Shown piece after piece: positions 1 to 11,587 of a stretch of DNA of 46,825 nucleotides. The notes beneath the pieces were generated by a model, which ran no database searches, was not told the DNA's origin, and was given only the letters and a program-made list of their open reading frames with translations. The stretch's first letter is position 1. Each line of letters begins with the position of its first letter. Made by a program: the position numbers and the translations under genes. Source of the stretch: Rhizaria sp. SCN 62-66 (Eukaryota); assembly GCA_001724265.1 (NCBI GenBank), contig MEDY01000234.1, positions 1 through 46,825 of the forward strand, given 5' to 3'.

Positions 1-487
1 GTCCGGCCCCACCATCGTCCACCGCAAGTGCTTCTAAGCACTTTTCGGTCACGCGCGATGAAGCCAGCTCTGACTGCTGCTGCTCTTTTGTTCTGTTCTT
101 TCCATTTTGTTCCACTCCGCTGGCGGTTAACGGCTCGTGAGGCTGGCCCCGGCTTGTAAAGATTTTTTTTCGCACAAAACTCAATACAAATGTTGCCCTT
201 CAACTCTAGCTACAGTCGATTTAAGTTCACAATTGGCTTATTATACTGACTGTGACACGTTAGTTTGTCTTAGTCAGTCCTGAAATATGAAGATATTCTA
301 GCGTGCCAATCCGCGCTGAAGGAGGGAGAAAGCTGCGGTAGATTCTCTCAAAACACGGGGTTGCACTGTTAAACTTGAGTTTCTGGTGTAGTTATTTTGT
401 TCTCGTATAGAATACGAAATATAAAACTCTGAATAATTGATTTTATAAGACAGGACGGTCGTTTGAGTCTTTTTGGAGGGTGGAAAT

Positions 488-1673
488 ATGAGCCACCTCA
501 GTCTGGCGAGCATGCTGCTCTTCGTTGCCGTGCATCTCACGACAGCAACAGAGGTCAATAGGATCTCTGCTGCAGTGGCTCCGTCTTTAAGCAAAGCACC
601 GTCTTTGTCTTTCGCCAGTCAAGGGGCCGTGCTTCGCGCTGAGCGGTCTGTTTCAGTAACTCTTCACCCGTCTTCCTTGGACACAAGCAAACGCGCAAGC
701 GCTCTTAGTTCCGTTCGCGACGCTAATGGCGATGGTTAGAAGGACGATGGGAGCGACGACGATGCCAGTGGTGGCGGTGGAGGCATTGACTCGACGCTTT
801 TGGCCGTTGGCATTGTTGTTATCGTCCTGATTGGCGCCATCGGCGCTTTTATTGCCCGTCGGCTATGCACTGTGGGCGACGGCCGTGAGCCTGAGCAACC
901 AGTCTTGGTACGTAAATACTATGCTCGCGTCTAATGTTGAGTTTAATGCCCGCGTAGTATACCCACCCGCTGATAATCGATTACGTCACTTGGGTTGTTG
1001 TTGTTTTTTTCATTTCCTTCTTGCTCGTATTCTATGCGTCCATATCTTGCCATTTGTACTAAAATAGGAGGCGCTGCCCGCGGTCGACGACGAGCCCGCC
1101 TACGACCGTGACGTCGAGCTCGCCATCTCCGGCGCTCGCTCTGCATCCGCATCCGCATCTGCAGCATCTGGCGGCGGCGGTGCTGTGGAGGCCGCGACGC
1201 ACGTCTCACGGTCCAGCTCGTCGTCCTCGCCGTCACCGACACCGCGTGGCATGCGACTCGCGACCGCCACTGTGACTCGCAGCGCTCTCGGCAGCACTAT
1301 CAGCAGCAACAAGAACAGCAGCCGCGGTAGCGGCGGGCATGGTAGCGCGTCGACTGAACCCATATTCGCGTCTTCTCCCGCAGACGCTGACGCTGACGCA
1401 GACTCTGCAGAGGTAGACGACGATGAAGGAGATGAGGAGGAGGGTGATTTGGGCGCGCCGATGCGCCGCGCGCCCGCGCTGTACAACAGCGCACCGCCGC
1501 GGCGCACGCACGCCAACGCCAACGCGCACACTGCACTCGAGGCTGTGGCGCGAATCGAAGCCGAGACCGCGGCCGCAGCGCAGCAAAGTGCAGTGCAGCA
1601 GCGCGCGCAGACGCCGCAGACGCAGACGCAGTTTGCGCGCACGGTCAGTGGAGAGGCGGGGGCTGTGCAGTGA
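488..1673 (+). CDS. Single-pass type I membrane protein (signal peptide, TM helix, low-complexity cytosolic tail); exons 488-907 and 1068-1673; in-frame TAG at 737-739
   Basis: N-terminus MSHLSLASMLLFVAVHLTTA resembles a signal peptide. The frame continues through TAG into KDDGSDDDA...TLLAVGIVVIVLIGAIGAFIARR, a TM helix followed by a basic stop-transfer. A phase-0 intron (908 GTACGT ... AAATAG 1067) joins it to the frame of the 1185..1673 ORF. Ends in TGA. Confidence 0.7.
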
Positions 1674-2144
1674 GCGCAGAACGCAGCCTTAACACGCACA
1701 CTCACGCATATGCTTGTGTGTTGTTGTGAAAGTTTCTGTTTCTGTGCCGTTTGTTCAGGTCAATGCTGCATTGTCTTTCATGTTGGTTTGAATTATCTTT
1801 GCTTTTGTTTCCGCTGCGAATACGCGTGCGCTTTGACTCTGTGTGATTACAATTTGATTGTTGATCTGTCTCAGTCATAGCAACGCAGGCCAGTGTCTTT
1901 CCCGTCAGTAAGTTATCTCGGGGTATACTTAGAAGCCATCAACACTCATACACAACTTGTTGTATTGAAAACAATGGGATTCATAATAGTAAAAGTACAT
2001 TGTGTATTCTTGCACATGGCCCTCGGTTCCATGAACAATTTATGTAAACAAGGAATTGTAGCTTGATCGATATCAGCACAATCCGCCATACATTTAAGCT
2101 GATGTCACACGTTGGTAACATCATATGAAGACAGTGTGTGACAC

Positions 2145-4440
2145 TCACACGCGGATGCCGATACTGAATTTGCGCTCAATATCGGCCACTGCGAGCGCAA
2201 GTACGTCGCCCATCGACAGGCTCTCGAACGGCACCTATGATGATGCAAAGCGAGTAGGTACAAAGAAGAATAAAACAGATTAAAATACAAAAGAGGATGG
2301 TGGTGAGGATTAGCAATGAGCAATTAACATAGTGTGACGAAAACGTATTATACAGTGCTCTGTTAATATAATGTGATGTGATCAATGATCGATTCAGAGT
2401 GCGCGTGTCTCGTGAGATGTCGTGTTGATGCGTGTGCGTACCGATGTGGTTTTGAGTACGACTGCACCGTGGAGCGGCACGCCGACCGCGGCCGCCACGA
2501 TCACCGCCGCGGCGCCCGCGCCCAGCGCCACCGCCACAGGCGCCGCAGCAGGCACCGCCGCAGACGAGGCAGGTGCAGAGGGCGCAGAGGTGAGGTCGGC
2601 CAGAGAGCGGACGTATCCGGGCAGACGGGCAGTCGCGGAGGACGCGGCCTCGGTCTCGGGCACGCCCCAGCGGCGCAGCGCGGCGGCCACCGCAGCGGCC
2701 GCGGCTTCCTTACTTATCGGCGCAGAGGCAGCGTCACTCGCAGTGGGATGGCTACTATGGAGAGGCGGGGGCGGGAGGACGAGGAGCAGGCGCGCAAAGC
2801 CCGGCATCACACGGGTCGGCACTGCAGGCGGCGGCAGGAACACGGGCACAGCAGCAGCAGCAACCGCAGCAGCCTGGGTGGCGGTGGCGTCCTTCTTGTC
2901 CTTGCTCTTTGTTGACTTGCTCTTGGCGTCAGCGGCGGGCGCGGAGGCTGGGCCGGCCGCTGGGCGGTATGAAGCGCCCGAGGCCGTGATGGTCAGTGCG
3001 GCGGCTTCGGCGTGGGTAACCGTAAGCACGGCGTCAAAAGCGCTGCCGTCGATGCTGCTTGGCGCGCGCAACGCGTCACTGCGCAAAGAAAAGCATCGCA
3101 ACGGAAAGCACAGCAAGAATTATAGGAACGCGAAGCAGTGATAAGAGAGATAAGACAAAGATTGGCGTGTTTGTTGCACAACTTCAGCAAAAAAAACATC
3201 TAATTAGTTATATAACATAAATCACATACTTTCGTATCGGAAGATATCAATTATATCACGTATATATCGATAAACGTGTGATATGACGTACGCGAGCGAG
3301 TCGGCGGCCTGGACCAGGAAGCCCCAGCGAGGTCCGCCCGCGGCAGGAGGGGCACCGGGCGCCACAGGCTCCGCGCCCGTCTCCCCGTGCACGCACGCCA
3401 CCCCGCCGCGCGCACCGCCTTTGCTGTGGCGAGACGCGGCGGCGGCGACGGGAGCGACCGTGGGCAGCGGGCGCGGGAGGCGGAGGGTGACGCGCGTGCG
3501 GGGCGGGATGGCGTGCGCGACGGGCAGCACACAGGTCCCGGGGCCCAGCTGCACGCGGCACGACAACGCCGCCTCGGACGCGGGCAGCGGACGCGCCACC
3601 ACCACGCCCTCGACGAACTAAGAACGCACAACGAGGCAGCAGAAATAACAAACACGCAGTGAGACAGGGGTATTGAAGAGATTAACTTTAGTAGAACAAC
3701 ATGAGCGAATCTCACAGACATAAAAACCGCAAAATACACATGAAAGATAAAGTTATAAATAAAGGACGAGATATAAAGTTATAAATCTCTTTGTGAGAGA
3801 AGATAAGGCATACCTGGACGTTGCCGACAGTGACGAGGGCGTGGTGCGGGGCCGGCAGTGGAGGCAACAGCCCTACGTGGCGGAAATCGTCGTGAAACGG
3901 CAGCAGCGCGCGCCGCAGTGCCGGGGGCGTCTCGAGGTACTCCATCAGCCGCGCCAGCCGCACGTGCGGCGCGTCGCTGTTCTCCCTCGCAGCGTTCGCG
4001 CCAGTACTAGCGCTAACACTGTTGTAGGTGCAGTCTGCAGGGTAGACGATGAGTTCGTCGATGGCGTTGACGATGCACATGCGCGCAAGCTCGTACGCGT
4101 AGAACGTCTGCATGCGCGGGCAGCGGAGCCGCGCGAAGGCGTCCGCGCTGAGCGCGACGGTGAAGGTGAACGCGCGCGGACGCCAGCCGGAGGGGCGCGG
4201 CGGCCAGAGCAGCGCCGTATGAGTTGCGCAACCCTGTGCGCAGGGCAACAGGTGCGACGGCGCGGGGGGAGACGCGCGCGCGCGCTGCCGAGTGCCAGCG
4301 TTGGAGTCGGAGTCGGAGTCGGAAGAGTTAGAGCTGGAGTCCGAGGACGAGGACGAGGACGAGCCTGAGTACTTTGACGATGCTGCGGCGGCGCGAGCGG
4401 CTGCGCGCGGATCCTCGACGCGGGAGCGCTTAGGAGGCAT
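2145..4440 (-). CDS. SPOUT1: SPOUT1/C9orf114 (CENP-32)-like SPOUT methyltransferase, divergent; exons 4440-3814, 3617-3292, 3078-2442, 2234-2145
   Basis: Motifs TFYAYELARMCIVNAIDELIVY, LARLMEYLETPPALRRALLPFHDDFRHVGLLPPLPAPHH, FVEGVV, RVTLRL and WGFLVQAADSL match the family (LQYLECPQYLRK..FP.H..L...GLLNPLD.PHH; FREGVV; YWGY.VR). Three GT-AG introns keep the frame. Ends in TGA. Confidence 0.8.
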
Positions 4441-4745
4441 TTTTGCGCGTTAAAAGTTTTAGTTAAAAAAACCTGCTAGATGTATGTTTCGCAAAAGCGG
4501 TGTGCGGTTGATGTTGACGGAAGATGTGGTGCAGCAGCAATGCAAAATGGACTATCATGTCAAGCACTGGGTCAGCCACCAATGAAGTAGCACTGGCTGA
4601 GCGATCATTGAAACAAGTGCTGTTGGACTCTAATATCCATTCTTTGCTTTGCTTTCTTGTGCATACTATTATAGCGTATTTGCCTTTTTATATCTTTTCT
4701 CTTACCACTGCTTTACCGCTTGTCTATCTTCTCTTAGCTCGAGTC
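4441..4745. promoter_or_regulatory. Compact divergent intergenic region between the SPOUT1-like (-) and ACOT-like (+) genes
   Basis: Head-to-head start codons about 300 bp apart across an AT-richer spacer. The bidirectional promoter is inferred from geometry only. Confidence 0.45.
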
Positions 4746-7700
4746 ATGTCTGCTCCTTCGCAGACTCTACCAATGGTCCGTCCTCCTTTGCCGGGTATTC
4801 GCTCTCTCACCCTCGCTCTTTTTCCTTCCACAACTTCACTCACCCTTACTATCTTTGCTGCTGTTTCCTCTTCGCCCTTACCCCGCCCTTCGCCGCGCCT
4901 GTTGCCCCGCGCCGCAGACAATCGAGGAGACGGAGGTCTAGATGGTGCAGCTGCTCGACAGCTCCATGACAGACGAGTTCAGCGAGCTCACGCCCGGACA
5001 GCTCCTCAAGTGGATGGACGGCTGCGCGTGCATGTCCGCCGAAAAGTACGCCATCTTCTCTTAACTTTCGCTCACTTAACTCCTCTCATCTGTCTCTGTA
5101 TCCGACGCACACGTGCTTATCCCCCTCTCCTCTCCGACTATTCATATCTTCTCCCTCCCTCCTCCCTCCGCCCATGCCCACCCACCCTGTTCCCGCCGCC
5201 CTTGCGCCCCGCAGGTTTGCGATGCGGTCTTGCGTGACGGCCGCGATGGACGACGTCTCGTTCCTGGCGCTGCCGCGCGTGGGCGAAGTCGTCCAAGTCA
5301 AGGCCCAGGTCAACCGCGCATTCGGTACTTCCATGGAAGTCGGCTGTGTCGCGCTGGTTGAGGACCTCTACTCGGGCCGCGTGCGCCGCCTCTGCTCCGC
5401 CTACTTTACCTTTGTCGCGCTCGATGCCTCAGGCGCCAAGGTTCGTCTCCCGCGCCTCGGCGTGGCCCCGCCCCAGCCCCTGCGCGGCCCCACCGGTACT
5501 CCGCTACTGCAGCCCGGCCAGTCCCCGTCGACGACGTCGCTGCAGAGCGGACAGCTGTCGTCGCGCCCCGCCACGCCACCACCGGCGATCCCGCTCCCCG
5601 CCGCCGCCGCCGCCGCCGCGCGCGCGCTCGGGGACAGCGGCGGCCCCAACGCCACTGTAACATCCGCATCTCCATCCGCATCAGCGTCCGCGGCTGCATC
5701 TGCTGCCACCACGACTGCCGGGCCGGCGCTAGCGACCACGATGGCCTGCCCCGCGCCGCGCGCGCTGCGACTGCCGCTGACAACCGGCGACGCCGCCGCC
5801 GTCGCTGCTGAGGCCGCTGCGTCATCCGCCGCCGATCTATCCACCGCGGACAATGGGGACGTTAGTAGCGGCGCCGGGGCCAGTACGAGCCCGAGCGCGC
5901 CTGACCTGACTCTGGCGGCGCTGCCGCCGCTGCCGCTGACGCTGCCGCTGCCGCTAGATCTCGGCCTAGACGGTCCGGACGGCGGGCTGGACCGCGGTCT
6001 GGACCGCAGCCTGGACCGGGGAAACTATGATGTGGCGGCGGCGCCTGTGGGGCTGGCCGCGGCCCCGCTGTCGCCGTTGCCGCCGCGGCCGCGCACGCCG
6101 CTGCCCCGCGACCGTAAGCCCGACCGCGACATGCGCAACCGTGACCGTGGGCGTGGTGGCAGAGGCAGAGGCAGAGGCGGTGAAAGAGACGGCGGCGCCA
6201 ACGAGACCGAGGCGGAGACCGAGACAGAGGCGGAGACAGAGGCGGAAACTGTGGACACCGACGCGAGCAGCGCACCCGGCGAGCTGATCAGGCACGTCAG
6301 TCTGTCGTCGCTACCAAACTCACCCTCGGCCTCGGTCTCCGTCTTTGCCGCCAGATCGTCTCGCGTCGGCATGCAACAACAACAACAACAACAACAGCAA
6401 CAGCCTCAGCAACAGTCTCAGTCGCAGTCGCTGCAGCCGTTGCAGCAGCTACAGCAGCCGTTACAGCAGTCTCAGTCGCAGTCGCATTCACAGCATTCAC
6501 AGCAGCCGCAGCAGCCGCAGCAGTCTCAGCAGCAGCCGCGCGCGCTGTCGGCGGCTGGCTTTGTGACTGCGAACGTGCTCTCCTCAGCCTCTGCGACATC
6601 TGCGGCCCCCGTGCTTGCCTCCGCCTCCGCGCCCGCCGCAACAAACACAACCACAAACACCACGACAGTCACCCCGACGAACGCGCCAGACGACGCGGCG
6701 ACGACGCTTGTCAAGGCGAAGACAGTGCCGGCAGCAGCGACCGCTCCAGCACTGGCAGCAGCACCGGCGATGGCAGCAGCACCGGCGATGGCAGCAGCAC
6801 CGGCGGTGGCAGTAGTGGCGACGTCGCTGTCGACGTCGCCGACGGCCGCGGCGGCGTCTGCGTCCATGTCCGATCCCGACACGCCTCTCATGACCTCCGC
6901 CTCCGCCGCCAACAAGACCGGTAATTATACAGGCAATGCAGGCACCGGGACCGCGGCTGCCTCCGCGTCGCGGGGCCCCGTGGCGGCGGCCGTGGCGGCG
7001 GCAGCGCTGGCGACGGCGGCGGACCGCGCGATCACGAACCAGCGGCGCTGGGACGAGGCTCTGGAGCGACGGAACCTGCGTCTGCTGCGGCGGCAGATCA
7101 TCGCCGAGACCGAGCACAAACTTAAAGCGTCGCGCGCGATGGAGACCATCCAGGCGCGGTCACTGCGGGCGTACCAGGACGCGCTGCAGGCGCTGGCCGA
7201 GAGCGGCGAGGGCGGCGCCGCGGAGGCCGTGGCCGCGGTCGCCGCCGCGGTCGCCGCGGGGGAGAGAGACGCTGCCGCGGCCCCGGACTCGGCGGTGACC
7301 GCCGGAGAGGAGGAACGCATGCCCAGCCTCAGCAACAGCAGCACCAGCGGCAGCGGCGGCGCAGCGACGGGCGCTGCGACGGCCGCTGGGTCGTCAGCGT
7401 CGGCCAGTGTGGCGGCGGCGGCGAGTGTGTCATCGATGCTGGGGAGCCCCGTCTCCGGCGGCGCGCGGCTGGGCCCCGCTGCGGCGCGCGCGGGGGCGAC
7501 AATGCCCGTGGCGGTGGCGGACGAGAGCGGCGCGGGAGTTGTGCTGACGCATCACACGCCGCGGTTTGCGGGCGACTGCTGCTGCCTCGACACGCAGCTG
7601 GTCCTGCCGGTGCACGCCAACCACATGCAGACGTGTTTCGGCGGGCAGACGATGGCGTGGATCGGTGCCGCGTGCACCATCGCCGCCGTGCGCTTCGCGC

Positions 7701-9256
7701 GCACGCAGCTCACTGTGCAGCACATCGACGACATCCACTTCTTCTGCCCCATCCGCGTCGGCGACCGCGTGGTGGTCAAGGCGCAGGTCACGCGCTCGTT
7801 CGCGGCCGCCGTGGAGGTCGGGTGCCGGCTGGAGCGCGAGTCGCTCGACGGGCTCCGCGTGCACGCGCTGTCAGCGTACATGATGTTCCGCACGCGCTCC
7901 GCCGCGCCGCTGCGCTGCGAGCTCATGCCCGTCACGGGCGACGAGACGCGCCGCTGGGCGCAGGCCATGGGCCGGCTGCGGCTGCGGCTCGAGCGCAAGG
8001 CGATCCACGCGCCTGACCGCGGCGCCGGCGGCGGCGTGCCTCAGTGGACCCCGGCGACGCGGCTCGAACTCGTGTACTCGAACATCAAGCTTCTGCTGTC
8101 GGCCAACGCCACGGCGACGACGTCCGGCGCCGCGCTGATGTGGGAGCGCGTTCCCGCGCCGCCCTGCCCCGCGCCCACGCCCGCAGCGACCGCAGCAGAC
8201 ACTGCCGCGACAGGAACTGAGAAGACTCAGGCCACGGCGGCTGCGGCGGCTGCTGCGGCGGCGCTGGAGGCGGCGATTGTGGCGGCGACGGAGCCGCGGC
8301 TTTACTTCCGCGCGGCCAACAAGGCCGCCGGGCAGGGCGCGTGTCTGCGCGTGGTCACCCTCGTCCCCTGTGCAGCGCGGCGCCTGTATACGCTGCTGCT
8401 CGACCTGCGCCGGCGCCCGCAGTGGGACGCGGCGTCCGAGGTGACCGAGACGGTGATGCCCGTGGACGCCGCCAACGACATCTGCCGCTTCCGCACGCGC
8501 GCGCCGCCCGGACCAGGGCCTACGGCGCCGCAAGACTACATCCTGCTCCGCTCCTGGCGCGCGATGGCCGCCGCCGCGCCGCCGCCGCAACAGCAGCCCA
8601 CCGGCTCCACTGGCGCCAACGCCAACATCGCTGGTAGCAGTGGCAGTGCGCCACAGCAGCAGCAGCAACCTGCGCAGTATGTGATTTCGTCGCGGTCGAT
8701 CGCGGTGGCCGAGTTCCCCCCGACTCCGCCGTACGAACGCGCCGACGTTCAGGCCTCGGGGTTCATCATCCGCCCGCTCCGCGCGCCCGCGTCGGTCCGC
8801 GCCCACTTCCCCCCCGTCACCGCACCCACTGCGCCTACTGACGTCGCCGCCACCGCCGCTACGGCTGCTGTGGCTGCGGTTGCGGGGGAGTGGAGCGAGC
8901 TGACGTACGTGCTGCAGATGGGGCGCCTCGCCATGGCAGTGGGCTTGGGCGACGTCGTCGGAGACTCGCATGTCGTGCGGCTGTCGTTCAGGAGACTCGT
9001 CGCAGGCGTCCGCCACGGCTTCCCGCCGCTGCCAGACGCCGCCAGCCACAACGGCAGCAGCAGCAAGGGCGACAGCAACAATGGCGCTGGCACTGCTAGT
9101 GCTGGCACTCCTAGCGTTAGTGCGGGCACTCCTAGCGCGAGTGCGGGCGCGAGCGCGAGTGCGGGTGTTAGACCTGAGGTAGAGCAGATGGAGAGTGAGA
9201 CCGTCGATAAAGCATCTGCTTTTGCGACTGCGGTGGCAGCATCGCCGGATAATTAA
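4746..9256 (+). CDS. ACOT11/ACOT12-like acyl-CoA thioesterase (hotdog-hotdog-START) with long low-complexity inserts; exons 4746-4775 (tentative), 4918-5045, 5215-9256; in-frame TAG at 4939-4941
   Basis: The spliced N-terminal domain TEV*MVQLL...[37 protein letters not shown]...VKAQVNRAFGTSMEVG matches hotdog 1. QLVLPVHANHMQTCFGGQTMAWI...IDDIHFFCPIRVGDR matches hotdog 2. LLDLRRRPQWD...QDYILLRSWR...YVISSRSI...SGFIIRP matches START. Ends in TAA. Confidence 0.9.
6755..6810 (+). repeat. 18-nt coding tandem repeat (GCAGCAGCACCGGCGATG)x3 encoding AAAPAM
   Basis: Read directly inside the ACOT-like interdomain linker. Confidence 0.8.
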
Positions 9257-9571
9257 GCGCTGTGAGTGCCTGCCCCCGCGTCGTTACTATGAGTGTGACC
9301 ACTGTTCTGTGACCATATGGCGGTTTGGGGATGTGTGTTTTTTCTGATTGAAGTTTGATTTATTATTGTGTTTCATGTTCCTTTGTTGTTTTTATCCTTG
9401 TGTTCGCATGCGTGTTTTATTTTATAACAACATGCAACTTATCCTGTTTCTAGATTAACTTATGTATTTCGTGTGTTACTTTTACTTCTTCTATTGATTA
9501 AACAATTCACTGCTTGCCGCTGTACATACTCTGTGAATTTTAACTGCTAACTCACCCACGAGCCCACCCGC

Positions 9572-9599
9572 TACTGTTCGTACTGTTCGTACTGTTCGT
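9572..9599 (+). repeat. (TACTGTTCG)3 tandem repeat
   Basis: Three exact 9-nt units read directly in intergenic DNA. Confidence 0.85.
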
Positions 9600-10464
9600 G
9601 TGACTGCTGCTGTGGCTGCTGCCGTGGAGGCCAAACTTGGAGTACTTTGCCTGAGAAGCCTCGTAGAGCCAAAGCGCTGTGTGAACGCTCACTCACCGAG
9701 AGCAGCATGTCTCTGTCTGCAAACAGAAAATGCATCGCCGCTGAGTCAAACAGCCCGCATATATCGCAGACAGCGCACGTCAGGGGGTGGGTGCGTTCTC
9801 CTCTCTGTAAGGCATCACTCCGTGGTGTCGAAGCTGTGGGCCACCGTGGGATAACGGTGAGATACAGTGAGATACAGTGAGACCGTCCCTGTCGTTAAGG
9901 CTGTGAGACACTGGTCAGATGACGGCGATACACGGCGAGACACCGCGAAATGCTGTCCCCGGCAGTGCCCTCCACAAGCGAGGCGTCTGTCTGCGAGTGC
10001 GTGTTTGCGTCGTCCACTGTCCACTGTGCACTGTGCCCATTGTGTCATCGCTCCTTTACACTGTCTGTTGATTGCTGCAGGTTCAGCCACTTTGATCCAG
10101 TATGTTCGCAACAGTGAATATGGCAGAGTGTGAACAGTGGGCAGTGCGCATAATATGAGTAAAATTTTATGGAGCTTTGGTTTTTGTAGCGCTCTGATAT
10201 ACGGAGAGAATAAATAATGACTATTTGTATTCGTCTTCGTCTTGTGAAGCTCGCAAACTGGTCTGGGGCCTGTGGGGGGTGCCGTCTTACGGCGCATAGT
10301 TCAAAGAACGTGTCGAGAGCGGCAATGCCACGGAGGTCGCAGTGACGGCAGCGAGGGTATTCGGTCAATCTTAGAGGAGGCCGTATGCGAATTGCAACAG
10401 AGGCGGGAGCAGCAGTGGAAGTGAGGCTGGCCTAAGTGAACTGAAAGATCTGTCAATAAAGAGA

Positions 10465-10970
10465 TCACATCACGTCCGTCTTTACGGCCCGTACCGCCTG
10501 TGCAAAGAAAGTATGTAACGCAGAAAAGAAAACGGGATAGAAAACCAGTATTGAGGTGTCAGAATAGTAGGAAGCAAGCGAGGATAGAGAATGAGGTTGG
10601 AACTATACGAGCAGGATAAGAACGCTGGAGAGGTAGAAGAGAGACGTACCCGGGCAACGATGCCCTTGGGGCCAGGGCCGACGCAGAACTCGACCCGCTG
10701 GCCGGCGTAGAGCATCTGGTGCTCGTCGCCGACGATGGCGGAGAAGTGCACGAAGACGTCGGTGCCGTCGGTGCGCATGATGAAGCCCATGCCCTTGGCG
10801 GCGTCAAACCACTTCACCTCGCCACACTCGCGCGCGGTCGGCGCGCGGATAGCGGTAGAAAAGAAACACGCAAACAGGCCGTCGGGCTGCAAGGGTGGCG
10901 GCGCCATTGGAAGCGGAAGCCGCTTCAGGGCGCTCTTGGTGCGCGGCCCGAGAAAGAGACTCTGAAGCAT
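10465..10970 (-). CDS. Cold-shock domain (CSD) nucleic-acid-binding protein with possible organellar presequence; exons 10970-10650 and 10497-10465
   Basis: GEVKWFDAAKGMGFIMRTDGTDVFVHFSAI...LYAGQRVEFCVGPGPKG contains the RNP1/RNP2 CSD motifs. Intron GTACGT(10649)...GCACAG(10498) adds AVRAVKTDVM then TGA. The N-terminus is Arg/Lys/Leu-rich and acid-poor. Confidence 0.85.
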
Positions 10971-11587
10971 CACAACCAAGATTGAGGAGCTGGGAAATGA
11001 AGATGATAAATCGATTTAACGTAAGTTCCGAAATGAAATTGAAAATGAGAATATTGAAATATCTCAAACCCGTGTCGCCACTCTTCTTGACGGACATGTC
11101 ACTGTTCTGCATTGACTTTACTTTGCGGTGTTCTGTCTCCAACTTGCTTGCCACCCGTTGCCGCGCTGTGCAGTCACAAAAGTATGAAAGAAAGCAATGT
11201 ATGTATGATAAACAGTCACGAACATGGCTATATTTGCGGTAGTGCCAAATAAACCATAATGAAAAACAAAAGCTTGTCCAACTTCAAGTTGCTATGCAGA
11301 TATATCGCTGGATATCGCGGTCGAATGCTCTCTGTACGCGGCAGAGCTAAGCGAGCGCAGCGCATGTGGTGCTATGCAACGTGAGTGCAGAGCGCCAAAT
11401 AGTGCCTGTGCAACACTGTCCTTATCATCACAAAGTTATATCAAAGAAAAATCACGTCAGCTCACTTCTTAACCATTTCGCTGTGTTCTCGCCCCAAGAG
11501 ATACTTGACTCCAATGAACCTCAGCACATACAATGTACAGCTGTATGTACGAGTCCACGTGCGCAGATATGGCCGACCACAACGCAC

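Noticed and set aside
1-170. Open minus-strand frame running off the window start (EQQQSELASSRV...)
   Set aside because: No in-frame ATG or recognisable motif, and too little sequence to call.
9572-9900. CRISPR-like or telomeric array
   Set aside because: The repeats are only 2-3 adjacent short units without spacers, and the context is eukaryotic.
10045-10450. Minus-strand ORF with RCRHC, as a possible extra exon of the CSD gene containing another TAG
   Set aside because: It would need an unusually short intron (~36 nt), and the product has no recognisable motif. Not counted as evidence.
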